The position numbers were made by a program, and so were the translations under genes. DNA of 57,802 nucleotides from Piedraia hortae CBS 480.64 (lineage: Eukaryota): NCBI GenBank assembly GCA_010093745.1, contig MU005989.1, positions 126,776 to 184,577 of the forward strand, in the 5' to 3' direction. Below the pieces are notes generated by a model. That model saw only the letters and a list, made by a program, of their open reading frames with translations. It was not told where the DNA came from and did not search any database. The stretch's first letter is position 1, and each line of letters begins with the position of its first letter. Positions 21,782 to 34,169 of this stretch are shown here, in pieces.

Positions 21782-22788
21782 ATGACTCACACTGTAATTA
21801 GAGCCGTCCTGTTTTCACTCACCTTCGCAGCGACATTCTACGTCCTTGCCAGCTCAGTCTATCTTCTCACCTTCGAAGGGGCCAGGATTGCAATTCATGC
21901 GGTGTGTCTGATTGCCAGCGTAAGTAACCTGATTGCGGAGAAAACTGCACATGCTTACATTCCCAGGCCGGTCTTACAATTCTCTTCATTCTTGTCACGG
22001 GGGTGGCCAACCACAGTGGCGCTCAAAGGAGCAATGAGAGTCTCGTTCGAGGAACTCGATCACCTTTCCTACGTCTTCTCGCGCAAATCTTGCACTGTGT
22101 GAGCATAGTCGCCTGGCTTGCCACGCTCGCCTATGCTGTAATACGACCACTTTTAATTTTGCACGGAGAGCAGCACGGAATGTACTTGGTTGCTCTGGGA
22201 TGTGGATTATTCTGCCTGTAAGCCCTCCTCCCACTAAAAACCTCCTGCTCTAATTCCCTTAGTATGTCAACCAGCTATCTTCTCTCCCTAAGCCAATGTA
22301 ACCGTACAGAACCCATCAAACAAAATTCGTCCAGTCGTTTCCTCACATGCAACAACAACCCTTCGGAAATGAGCTTCAAATGTCTAGAATCCACCCACAC
22401 AGACCGCGGCAGCACGTATCGCGACATGCCCTCCCCCCACATCGTGTCCGCACCTACATACAGGGAGTCTGATTTTGGCGACGAAGTGAACCTCCTTCCT
22501 CCGCCTCCGGTGCGGGCCATATTCCCACCTCCTATCCCCAAACGCTATCGAAGCTTGCGCATTCCATCCCCAGTCTCCAGCACGACATTGGAAGAGAAAA
22601 GGTACACCGGCATGTCCACCGTCTCTGTTGGGCGAACAGTTGGAGTGTACACGAACTTGCATGACGGGTTGGGGATTGAACAGCCGGTCCGTCAGCCATG
22701 CATGAGGAAGTGGTTGTTGATGCCCCCTCAGCCTGCAAGGATCTCGCGCTCTTCGAGCGTCTACAGTTGTAGTACCAGTGGGGAGTAG
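21782..22788 (+). CDS. Hypothetical membrane protein (~4 TM, Pro/Ser-rich C-tail), introns 21920-21966 and 22218-22262
   Basis: GTAAGT..CAG and GTAAGC..CTAAT..TAG introns join three ORF-track ORFs (21782, 22003, 22264) in frame; four hydrophobic segments. Confidence 0.7.
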
Positions 22789-23976
22789 TTCCCTGGTGAT
22801 GAAAGGTCGTTGTTGCTGTATGGTAGATGTGTGGTCTAGCCGGGATGAAGTTGTGTCATGATGTTATGTGTTAGGTTATGGTTTGTACTTGTATGAGTTG
22901 TACGTATACTGCTAGGTGTTGTCCGGTTGTGTAAATCAGCTCAGAGACTTACCTGGAGATGTAGAAGCAGACTTTAGCTGACGATTTCAGACCATCTTTC
23001 CTTGAACAAACCCCTTGATCAAAATCTCGACACCAATCCAACCCTCCGCCACGGTGGGCGCTTAATTCAATTACCGATACCCAGCTGGCAAAACTTGCCC
23101 AGTGGAAGCAACCAGTGTCTAGTGGTTGTGTGGCAGGCAAGGGGACTGGAATTTACCTCAGACGACAACGCTTTTACCTATGTTGACATGACTAAATCGT
23201 TAAATGTAAGGAACAAAACCTATGATTACTATAGCTGTGCCATTACCGAATCGAAAATCGCATGATCCATATGTATAAAGGCTGCATTGGTTTCTTCGCT
23301 TTCAACCCAAGCACACTGCACCAAAGTCAAGAAAACATTGGACACCCCAGAAATAATTACAACAGTCCCCACAGCAGTTTTTACCGGCCTAACGCATAGC
23401 ATGAGTTTATTGAAACTGCGCGGAAGGGTTCTTTCTAGCCACCGTCATTGAGATGCGCAGATGGGTTCATGAACACCGATGTGATGCATAAAGTATATCT
23501 CCTTTCCGAGATCCCCTTAACGCCCCAACAAGAGATTCTCATTGAATTATTACATAATTTCATTCGAAAGATGCCTGATCTAATCGAGGCCACTATCTCT
23601 TCGAAAATCCTTGTGCATCTATTATAGTGCGGTGCAACCCTGACGGCCTCGCACACATGCTCAAACTTATACATAATTGCGATTGCCACGTCCAGTACAG
23701 AACATATATCTCGGTCCCTTGACTCCACAAGAAAATTGCTCTTGGCGGTCGGCTACGCTATTGAAATTATGAAACGCGACCCTCTCGGGGCTGATATGTC
23801 TTGGAGCTTGTTGACCGGGTATCTTCATTGATCGTGTACGTGGGCTACGCCTCGGTACTTGAAAATCGATACGTCTTGTGGAATGCTGTAGTGAGTTTTA
23901 AACACCTTTATTACGTGGGTAGCGTGTGGACCACATGGCAGTGCACTCTTGACGAGTGGTATTAATGGGTCTATCA

Positions 23977-25342
23977 TAGATCCCATCTTTCCCAACCTAG
24001 CAATCCGTATATAGCACCCAACAAAGTCCCTAGTACCTCAGCCAAAAATCCCCCATCCTTCCTTATCCATACTGAATCCTTTCCTGCTCTCAAGTCTTAG
24101 CCTCTTTCTCTTCTCCTCCCATTCATACAACTCCGTCTCCCTCCTAACAACATCTTCCATCCGCCCAGCAACCTCCCTCCTGTCCTCGGCATCTAGCCTA
24201 TGTTTCTCCATGTTCTCCTTTCTCGCATCAACAATGGCATCAGCCCAACTCACCTTGGGACCGCCCTCCCTCGTAGCCCCAACCCGCATCAAGAGCTTAT
24301 CCCACTGATCTTCCAGTCTTGCTACATACTCCTCTTCGGCCAATTTATCCCGCGTATCGATCGAGCGTTGTCGTTTCGCAAGACGGTCCCGTATCATCTT
24401 TGATATGGCGGCAGGCTGATGGGGACTCAACCGGAGCACGGGGATGCGTTGTGCGGAGTAGAGAACCGGTACGCGTCGGCGGCCGGAAAGGTGGCTTAAG
24501 GGCAGTGGACGGGCGAATATGGACACGTTTGAAGAACCAGAACGGCCGTCGCATTTGGCGCGCGGTCTCGCCGTATCTGTCGGCTCATCGCCAAGCGAGG
24601 GTTGTCTAGGCGTATCGTTTGCTTGAAGATGTTCCCTCGCCAGGGGCTTCCTCCCTCGCTTGATCTGCCGTGTTGGCCTCCGTCTAGGCTCCTTGATAAA
24701 GTCCACCGCATTGTCAATCAACTTCCTCACTCTTTCTTCCCCACGAGGGTAGTTGTCGAGAAGATCGAGCGCCTCATAGCCCGCAGCGAAATGTAGGTGC
24801 AGTCTTTGTGAGCCGTTCCAGAAACGCGCATCGCGGAATTTGTTCTGTACGATCCGCTTCGCTGGTGCGGTGAGGTCTGGTGGGAGGACTTTACTTTGAG
24901 AGAGGAGGGCGCGGTAGAGACTTATGGCGGCAAGGCGGTGTCGCGAAGAGAGTCGCGCTATTGCTCGCTGCATTTATCTTCTGTTCGTGAGGCGTATGTA
25001 GGGAGAGATTCGTTTGGGGAGGGGGGGGGGGGAAACGTATATCGGGTATCCCGCCTGGACTGCTTTGGTTGGAGAAGTCGTTGAGCGGAACGGACGGTCC
25101 TGGCGTGGATTGATGATTGCAACTGAAATTTGTATTCTGTCATTCTGTGTGTGTTCTGCAACCGAAGCTTTCTATTTCCGAATACCAGTCAGCTCGTATG
25201 CTGATTGGCCAGCCCAGAGTATCGGCACTACCAATGCTGGAACGAGAATAGCCAAAGAACCTGTAAGTAGATAAAGAGTTGATCGGCGACGCATGCATGC
25301 ACACCACGCATAGACGCAACGCGCGCGGGGAAAAAGTTAACA
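23977..25342 (-). repeat. Right arm of ~1.37 kb inverted duplication (partner 2851-4215)
   Basis: Reverse-complement match to 2851-4215. Confidence 0.98.
24038..24973 (-). CDS. LYR-motif protein, copy 2 (309/311 aa identical to copy 1)
   Basis: Differs only at RERE->RETE and RIES->RLES near the C-terminus. Confidence 0.8.
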   Translation of the reverse strand: MQRAIARLSSRHRLAAISLYRALLSQSKVLPPDLTAPAKRIVQNKFRDARFWNGSQRLHLHFAAGYEALDLLDNYPRGEERVRKLIDNAVDFIKEPRRRPTRQIKRGRKPLAREHLQANDTPRQPSLGDEPTDTARPRAKCDGRSGSSNVSIFARPLPLSHLSGRRRVPVLYSAQRIPVLRLSPHQPAAISKMIRDRLAKRQRSIDTRDKLAEEEYVARLEDQWDKLLMRVGATREGGPKVSWADAIVDARKENMEKHRLDAEDRREVAGRMEDVVRRETELYEWEEKRKRLRLESRKGFSMDKEGWGIFG

Positions 25343-27105
25343 CACGATGGTAGGTGCCTAGCCACGGAAGGGGGTCATATAGCGCTGTATATGTACTGCG
25401 GTTCTTCCGCTAGAATGATATAGCTGATCAGACCCTCAATTGTAAAGTAGCCGCCATATGCTGTAGCAACGAAGAAGCACCTAACCGCTGAGCGACAGTT
25501 TAGCGGTTCATAATCACGGCAGCTTAAATTCTGCTACATACGAGGGCGCAGAGGTTAATACTTGAGTACTGGTTATATATTAGTGCTCAGTTTTGAAAAT
25601 GGCCGCCACGCCCCTTCTTCCCCAGCCTGTAAGCCAGATGTCATTTCGACATGGAGAGTAAAGGGTCGATACGTGCTACCCACGGTCTTCTGGCACGAGT
25701 ACCTTTATGGTGATGCACCGTCGCGAGAGCCCCCACGACAGCACCCGTTTCCAAAAGTGTCTTATTAGAAAGGCGAACTCCTCTGGCCAAATGACACCAT
25801 TCTCAAAACCTTTCAGCTAGGAAGCCGTGAAGAGTTGATTTGTCGTCACGTTGAATGGGCGTGGAAGTTCACCCGTTCCACCGCGCTCTGCGAGCTTTCA
25901 CCTTCACCTAAAACCTATGATAGGTATTATGGAGCCTCATGCAGGATCATATCTCCCATTGTGGCAATGCCAGTCTCCATACGGGCCCTGGTCTGCGAAC
26001 CTCACCCATGAGGATTTCAAATAGGCAGTTTCAAAGAGCGATCCTGATCGTGGCTTCGGTCGACATTAGATCATGAAGGCATGCAGAAGCACGATTCGTG
26101 GCTCATACGTACAGATTGCTTGCCTTGCCCCTATTTGCTTGAACTTTTCGTGTCCGATTGAACTGCAAAGGCCCTTCGATGTTCTCTACCCAATTTAAAT
26201 GCATACTGCCGCGTACAAAACTATAGCAGGAATGAAAATATAACCTTCTCCAGTACCCAGCAACTTACGCTGGGTAAACTGATGAAGGAGGTTCACGTCA
26301 GCTGGAGGTAGTGCGATATCATCGATACGGTGCCCCCGGATATGAGCAAGCTCAGCGGTCGCGGGAGCGTGTTCCAAAAATGAGCATGACCAGAGAAGGC
26401 TCCGTGGAGGCGTTCCAGGGATTAGCCTGATTAAGAACAGATACTGCACTGGATCTAAGCCAAAAGACAAAGAGAGCTGTACATGAAAGAATCTGGGGCG
26501 GAGGAAATTATCCTAAAATGCGGGGGTTAACGCTAGCGAGTCATGTATGTTACGTCACATTTCTAGGCGACAAGCTAAACTATGTCAGGCTAGATCTTTC
26601 AGCTATGTATACGCTAATGACTCACGACAACCTGACTCCATTGATGGATTACGGCTCTCACCAACCAACCAGGTCAAAGGTCTACGAGCAGACGGAGAGT
26701 CCCAAAAAGGGACTTTGAAGAGTCGTAGCGTGATCAAGCGTTCCATGCTCTTTCCGGATGGTATTGGCTCGTGCCATTGTCATGCTATTGTTGTGCGTTT
26801 GTTGATGAAACGTTGTTATGGAGATTTCTATAAAAGGGCGTGCCAGTGTCATCTTCACAGAATGGGAAAGGCAGGGAGATTGTATTCGGGACGTGATGGG
26901 ATGGATTTCACAACTAGGTAGCAATGATAGCTTGCCCTACCATACTCCTGTAAAGATGCGAGACAACCACATAGTTCTGAAACACATACACCCATCCAAC
27001 CAATCCCTCTCACCCTCTCCTCAAGCCCGTACCTCAAACCTGCCCCCATTCCGCAGTCCACCCTAAACGAAACTCCCCACACACCACACACCACCCACCC
27101 CAACC

Positions 27106-27980
27106 ATGACGACAGTAACATACGAAGACCTCGCCGCACTTGAAGAAGAATTCACAAACCACGACACCGCTACACGTTTGCCCCCCCACCTTCCCCCCAA
27201 TTAACTCCCCCAAAACCCCAACTAACCCCAATAGTCAAATACCACCACAACCTCACCCTTGAAACCTACGCCCGGCGCACCGCCCTCCTCTCCCGCATCC
27301 CCCACTTCTGGGCATTGGTATTCGAACAAGCACCACCCGAAATCGACACGTACATCCAACCCCAAGACTCCTTCCTCTTCGCGGAGCATCTTACCTCTCT
27401 AACACTTACCCGCGAAAATGTGGAGCGTGAACCGCGCGACTTTGCGCTGGAGTTCCATTTCTCTAAGAATCCTTTCTTCGAGGATGGTGTTCTGGTGAAA
27501 AGGTTTTGGTATAGGAAGGCGAGAGATGGGTGGGCGGGAGTTGTATCCCAGCCGGTTAGGATTAGGTGGAAGGAGGGGAGGGATTTAACTAGGGGGTTGA
27601 CGGAGGGGGTTTGGATGCTTTGGGAACGGAGGGGGAGGGATGGGTGGAGGGTGTGTAGGGAGTATGAGGAGTTGAAGAAAAAAGTAGTGCATTGGAATGG
27701 GGGGAATACTAGCTTTTTTACTTGGTTTGGGTGGGTTTCCGGGAGGAGGTATGTTACTGCTGAGGAGGATGAAGAGGTTAGGAAGGGGGGAAAGGTTGAT
27801 GAAGAGTTAGAAGAGGGGGATGAGCAGGAGGTTGAGGTTCATCCGGCCGGGGAGGAGATCGCAATGTCGATTGCAGAGGATGTTTGGCCTCATGCGATTA
27901 AATTGTTTACGCAAGCGCAGGAGGGGAGTGAAGAGGAGAATGGTGGTGATGATGATGATTCAGGGGAGGATGTAGAGTAG
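27106..27980 (+). CDS. NAP-family histone chaperone (Vps75/SET-like), intron 27176-27234
   Basis: Spliced MTTVTYEDLAALEEEF...RRTALLSRIPHFWALVF; F.FSKNPFFED..LVKRFWY, VRIRWKEGRDLT, SFFTWF, IAEDVWPHAIKLF, acidic tail. Confidence 0.88.
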
Positions 27981-28046
27981 TTTTACAGACAACAGATCAA
28001 CAGAAGGTGTAAAACAAGAAGATACTTTCGTATTAACACATAATGG

Positions 28047-30626
28047 TCATGAGATTGAGAAATTATCGATCCACCACTTTCGCAAATCCTTTACTCGGGC
28101 CCTTTCTTCGTCGCCATATTCGACTGCCGCTGCGTTGAGCTCTTCCCACGACCTGTCTTTTTCATAACGCCAGACGCACCATGAACTGACGTCCAACGAC
28201 CGCAGAACCGGCGCTCCCCTGACCGATTTGACGGAAAATGACCTGAGCAGGATCACGTCCCCGGTGTTGGCTACCGGCAGGATTGTCTGGAACAGTCTGT
28301 AGATTTCCACCGGCACTGGCGACCTCGTGCCTAGTTCTGGGTCCATGACTTTGAGAAAGGTAAAGTAATCCACGCCCTTGTTTCGTTGAGGCGTCGTTGT
28401 GCCATCTTCAACGACAGCGAGGACATCGACCTGGCCGGCGCCGTATGTCATGAATGTTTTACGGTTAACCAGCGGATATAGATCTGCTAGTCGAGAGTAA
28501 TAGGCCTTACTTGTTGTGAACCCACGACGGGGAGTTGGAGGTTGCAAAGACCGTGATTCTGAGGGCGTCAAAGACATGGCACCATCACGGCCTGCCGCTG
28601 CTGAGACTGCGCGTAATGTGGCACGAGTATTTGGAGTGGTCTTTGGCGTTCCCGGCGTGTTGCGCTTGGTTATCTGGTTTTGAGATGATTCGCGGGCCAT
28701 GTTGGTGACTCTGCGAGCTGCGCTTCTCGTTACCCGGACATCTTGCACTTCGGGCCGGATGATTTCTACGTAATCCGAGAGCTCACCGGGAGAAAGGGAT
28801 TTATGTCGTGTCTGCTCTGGCGGAGTTGCTTCTCTGTTCGCTTTAGCCTTTTCTGGTTCACGCTCTGACGCAGGCCGCTTTTTCGCAGCCTGGCTCAGCA
28901 TAGGCGATTCTTTGGATGCCGTCAAAACACGCTGGTTGTCTCTGCTATGTGATGCAGTTTGAGAGAGTGTCTGCTCTTTCACCTCATCACTTTTATTTGG
29001 CTGAACAGAAACTCTAGTATCAGCATACTCTGAGCGACGCTTGATGGGCTGTTTCAACTCACGCCGGCTCATATGAGGGGTATCAATATCCATTGGAGTA
29101 GAGCTCGCGCTTAGCCTTGACGGGCCGAACTGGGCAATTGGTGTAAAAGTCTGACCGGTGAGCGATCCGACCCATGGTGGCACGGCCGGTGAGAACCATT
29201 TAGAAAGAACAGCCGGGACCCTTCCGGAGCTGCTTATTGACGTTGACAAACTTCGATTTACCGCCATCGGAGTCTGCACAGGATCAACGGAGAATTTTGG
29301 GAGAGCTGGATGTCTTGTCGATGATCCAATTGATGGTGATAGTGCACTCTCGCCCAAACGGCCGAGCTCAATACCCTCCATCTGATCAGCGGGGAGTGGC
29401 GATCCGGGAGGTGTTTCTGGAAGCTCTGAATTTGGGTCGCGAACCAATTCCTCTGCATTGTTTTCTGGACTAAATGTCTCGGATGATAGAGGCGATTTGC
29501 TGAGGTCTATGACTTCAATAGGTGAGGATGGAATCTCAATGATATTGGGGTGATCAGTCTTGGCTTGCTGAACTTCGGGAGTTTCAACGTCAAGGCTTTT
29601 GGTACTTGCCAAGGGGTCAAACATTGTCGGCCAATACCTCTTAGGATCCAAGACACTCTGATGCGCCGCACCTTCCTGTGATGTATGGCCCACAGACTTG
29701 GAAAGTCGTTCCACAGTGACGGTAAACGAAGTTGGCTTTGATTGAGCATGTGAGGCCGTGTTTAGAGAAGCCATCATACTGCGACTCCAGGCTGACTGCC
29801 CGTCATACTGTGACTTGTTGCCATTTTGGACGTCAGCATCATACTGGGTGGGTTTTTCTGACAATATGATCTGGCTCGTGTCCATAACGGCACTACTAGC
29901 AGATGCACCAACAAAAGGCTCAGGCCGCGTGGGTACACTCTGAGGAATAATCTCTGGAAGCGAGAAATCTGTGAATTCAAACGGCGACTGCCGAGAAGGT
30001 TGATTGTTCTTCTCCGTGATATTTACAGCCCGATTCTTAAATTGTGTCGCGAGTTGCAGTTCTGGAGAAGAACTTCCAGAGTGACTAGTGGTTTGGGCCT
30101 GGGGTACCGTCAATTGCATGGATGCAACTTTCGTGGCTCTCCGAGTCTGCACTGAGAGCGGCATTTCTGGTGAAAAGTCAGGTCTACGCAGCCTTGCTCT
30201 AAGGAACCGAGGTGCCAAAGGTTCGTTTGACGAGAGTGAAGACCCTCCAGAGGACGGTCTCCACTCTTGTGTATTGTCGTCTTCGTAGCTAGTGTCCACC
30301 GCACCAGGTAAGTCTTCGTCGGGCTCTTCCTCATCGCCACCTGCTTTGGTAGACGACGCTTCACTATCAGTTAAGTCTTCACTAGAAGACGATGCAGCTT
30401 CGACAGCATTGAGAATACCGTTCACTGCTGAAAAAAGATGATCTGGAGATGACGGCACAACGGACTTACGCTGGTCAAGAGGTGGCGTGGTCCTGTCATC
30501 CAAAGACTCTTCAATTTCTGGAGAGGCTGAGCGCTTCACAAGCTCCACATCCTCGCCGTGCCCTGCAGATATTCGATGTTCAGATTTGACAAGGTTGAGA
30601 TCGTCCCCCTCAGCCATCGGTTTGAT

Positions 30627-30659
<33 letters not shown>

Positions 30660-32915
30660 GTCAAATATTAAGGAAACTTGGAATGGAGAGAGAGTTGGGC
30701 TGCGTGACTTCTTCGACGTGACCGACCCAGCGTCAGTCGCTTCCGAGACTGTCTCGTCAGGGAATGGAGTGCCACTGCCCGATCTTGACCGATCATGCAT
30801 TTCTGCATCCACGGAGTCCTCATCGTTGCTTTCTGAAGTAGCGTTACTGGGAGTCTCAGCCACTTCTAGCATCTCCAGGGCATGTGCATTAAGCGATATG
30901 TGTGGCATTGAGATGTGTACAGGATCTTCAGTTTCCGTGGACAGTCGTACTTCGCTCCCAAAACTCGCCGCGGCTGAGGCATCAGGTCGCGAAAGGTCCA
31001 TAGGAGATGCACTGCGCAATCCCAGAGCATTATCAGTTGCCTCGATTTGTGCCTCATGGGCCTGACCGTGGATTTGAACGTCCCCGAAGCTCTCTATAGC
31101 ACCAGCCAATCGAGAAGAGTCCAGATGCTCGTTAGCATCCGAGATCGGGAATGCAAATAAGGTTGGTATTTCTTCCATTGCTTTTGGAGACGAACGCGGT
31201 TCACTATCCCGTCCTATAATGTCCGACAGATAGGGGCTCTCTGGTCGGCCAGGTGTGGGATGATCAAAGGAATTGACAGTCATCTGGGGCGTACTCATGC
31301 CTTCGATCGCAAGGTAGGGCGAGTGTGGCTGGCCTTGTAGCAGCGACTCGGCATTATTAGTCTCGTCTCCGTCTGTGGACTCATACGAGACTTTCGTATT
31401 AACAATAAGTGAGGGTTCTGGTACTGGCAAATCTTGGACGTCTTTTCGTGGCGTTTCTGCAGAGCCCTCGACAATGGGAGCTAATGTGGGTGGAGTTAAT
31501 GGCGGGTGAAGCATGTCCTTGGGTAATGCCAATGGATCAGGAGTTAGAAGGGCACCCCATTGCATCTGCTCTGAAGCGACACTGCCCGTGGGTGAATTGG
31601 CACGCGGTGAGATGGATATTGAGACGGAAGATGAACGCTTGCCCGTATTAATGTGTAGCGTTGGATGCGATCGAGCCTGAGCAAGACCCGGCGGAAAGCT
31701 CATCATCTTGGACGTGGAGGATGACTGCATAGAAGCTCCTTCGCCCTGTGAGGTTTTTGTCGATATGGGCAGCGGAATTTCACCTTCCGTCGGGGCTTCC
31801 GGTACCGTTCGTCCCGAAGCAATCACATTATGGCGAACAGCCTCCCAAGCCTGCACCTCTCCGCCAGAAGCCTGCGGTGGGGATGGAGAATGTCTGCCTG
31901 TAGATGCATCTGCCACCGAGGCTGTAATTGAAGCAGAAGCAGCCGACTGACTTGCACCAATAGTGTTTAGTTTCAGCGGCAAAAGGCCACTCTGGGTAGA
32001 TTCGTCCACTGCCGATTCTGCTTCAGGAAGTTCGACAGCTGACTGAAATATGTCTCTGGCGACCGGTGAAGATGCGATGAACTCGGGATACGAAACTTCA
32101 CCGGAGCTCGGGCATGGCATGGAATTGTTGTTTCCAGCCTTTTCACCAGCTTCACCGAGTTCATCACCTTCTGCTTTCACTGAGCGGAAGTCGACTGCTG
32201 GAAACATGGAAACTTCATTTATAGCCGTCTCCTCCGTCTGCTTAGCTCCGGGTAGCTGGGGCATAGGGGACGCTCCATTCCGTTCCCAGCACTTGAGGTC
32301 TGGATAACGGGGTAGCTCGCTGTTATCATCACCCGCGAGCATATCATGAGACACGCCCACAAAAGACGAGTTCCCGGACAGCTTCCGCCGCTTGGTGAAG
32401 ATTGGGCTGTGTCCGTCCACAGCCAAGTTTGGTGTGCTACGAGGAGACTTTTGCTGTGGATTATCATCCGTAGATGCCACTGCCTCCGGGAGCTGGACAC
32501 TGATCTTCTGGGGCCCTTCGGCACGCTGTACTGTAACCTCAAGACGGTGGTTATACTCTAGTTCTCCGGACACTGACTGTCCCGGGGTGTCTGGTGACGC
32601 AGCAGGAAGAACCCAGGAAGCTCCATCAAGACACAAATCCAGCTCATCTCCGATGCGAATCGGGCTTCTAGCAACGGCCTCCAGGCATGCGCCACGAAGT
32701 CTGATGCGCACCTGGCCATTTCGATTGCGGAGGCGAAAGTCGGGATCTGCCAGCAACAGTGCAGAGTAGCGTGTGGAGGACGAATATGGCCATGTTAGCG
32801 TGACTACTGCGCGGATCGATGCGCGTCGTGGCAACGGGTTCTCGGGCTTCAGGTCCTGGATGGGGACCAAGAGCTGTGAATTTGCCGTGGAAGTCGTGGC
32901 CTGCCGATTAGCCAT
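28047..32915 (-). CDS. Large protein with N-terminal OB-like fold, ~1300 aa disordered linker and C-terminal POT1/Cdc13-type OB fold
   Basis: 1622-aa ORF; N-term IRAVVTLTWPYSSS..LLLADPDFRLR..GQVRI; C-term VDVLAVV...DYF...DP...VEIYR...LPV..GDVILLRSF.V resembles a telomere ssDNA-binding OB fold. Confidence 0.8.
30627..30663. repeat. (TCA)n microsatellite encoding poly-Asp
   Basis: ATCATCATC... run inside the CDS. Confidence 0.9.
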
Positions 32916-33677
32916 GTCTGCAGGTTACATGGCGTCACACGCATCCTTCTCGAGAGCTCAATCCGTTGCGCCACGGCCCAGGCGTGGCGGGGAGGCGCTA
33001 GTTTGGTTTGGGAAATCAAACATCACCTCTTCCTCGGTGCGCTACAAGGCTCTGACAGGCCCTCTTCTATAGAGGTCTTCCCTATAACTCACGAGTGCAG
33101 GGCGCATGATAAGTACTGTCCCGATCGTAGCTGCCAAGCAGCTATCACCCAGTCCATAGGAAACGAGTCAGAAGGACATTTCTGCCAGGACAAAAAGCTA
33201 CCTCGCTTTAGGAAGCCCCACCAGGAAAGAGTATCTACATATTTCACAACTATAGGCATGCTCGGAAAATTGCACCGGAGACGCAACACACAACGCTTGG
33301 TAGCAGTGCTTCCGAAAATTCCCAGCTTTCGCCATTGGGAGCACATAAACGGGCAGGATCGACCTTGCTTCATGTCGTGTATTCGGACGTGGTTGGTGGG
33401 GAGTTTTCAACCCAAGAACTCTTTTCCACTCAACCAGGTAACGTGAACAGCTCTAGCGCCTAGCCCCACGTGATTGTTCGTTCGACCAAGCGAAACGGGA
33501 AGCTACCTGAGCCTCTCTGTTTGTGAACAACTCAGGACGGGTAAGCGGAACATCCCCGAAGTTGCGCACTGCATCTTCACAAGGCTGTAAACGACTCAAG
33601 GCTCTAACCACATGATGGCCCAAAGCGTGATGATCGATTGCGCATGGTTTCTTAGCAGGTTGAATGCGTAAAGTTCA

Positions 33678-34169
33678 ATCCCATTGCCTGATGGCCGTGG
33701 AATTTGGCGCGGGGCCTGGGTGGAGACGCTAGTCTGTACAAATTACAGCTCCCACTCTCTCCCGGAAAACTGAAGTTGCCTCTTTGAGAAGGTCGATTCC
33801 ACGGCGGTAAAAAACCCTGAGAGGAAGACGGAAGAACTACCGCCGCGCCCGGAAAGGCCACCGCCCCCACGGAGAAAGCCCACCCAACCATGAATACCAC
33901 AAATCAAACATCCCAAAACGGAATGAAACAAAGCAAACCATAAAGAACACCAAAAAACACAAAATCGCAACCATCAGTACAAGAGAAAAAATCTCACAGC
34001 AAGAAAGAACCGCCACCCTCGCCACAAAAAAAGGGAACAACACCATGGAATCGACCCTCTCAAAGAGGCAACTTCAGTTTTCCGGGAGAGAGTGGGAGCT
34101 GTAATTTGTACAGACTAGCGTCTCCACCCAGGCCCCGCGCCAAATTCCACGGCCATCAGGCAATGGGAT
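33678..34169. repeat. Inverted repeat: 127-bp arms (33678-33804 and 34043-34169, 2 mismatches) around a 238-bp A/C-rich spacer; hairpin RNA or MITE-like
   Basis: ATCCCATTGCCTGATGGCC...GTCGATTCCACGG versus CCATGGAATCGAC...GGCCATCAGGCAATGGGAT. Confidence 0.95.

Noticed and set aside
22947..22956. ACTTACCTGG resembling the U1 snRNA 5' end
   Set aside because: No downstream U1 structure; equally a minus-strand donor-like site
4216..23976. Mating-type switching cassette between the inverted repeats
   Set aside because: No alpha-box or HMG-box ORF and no SLA2, APN2 or COX13 recognised; only the architecture is similar
2851..25342. Giant DNA transposon with 1.4 kb TIRs
   Set aside because: The arms are an ordinary host gene, the cargo is housekeeping genes, and no transposase, recombinase or TSD is seen
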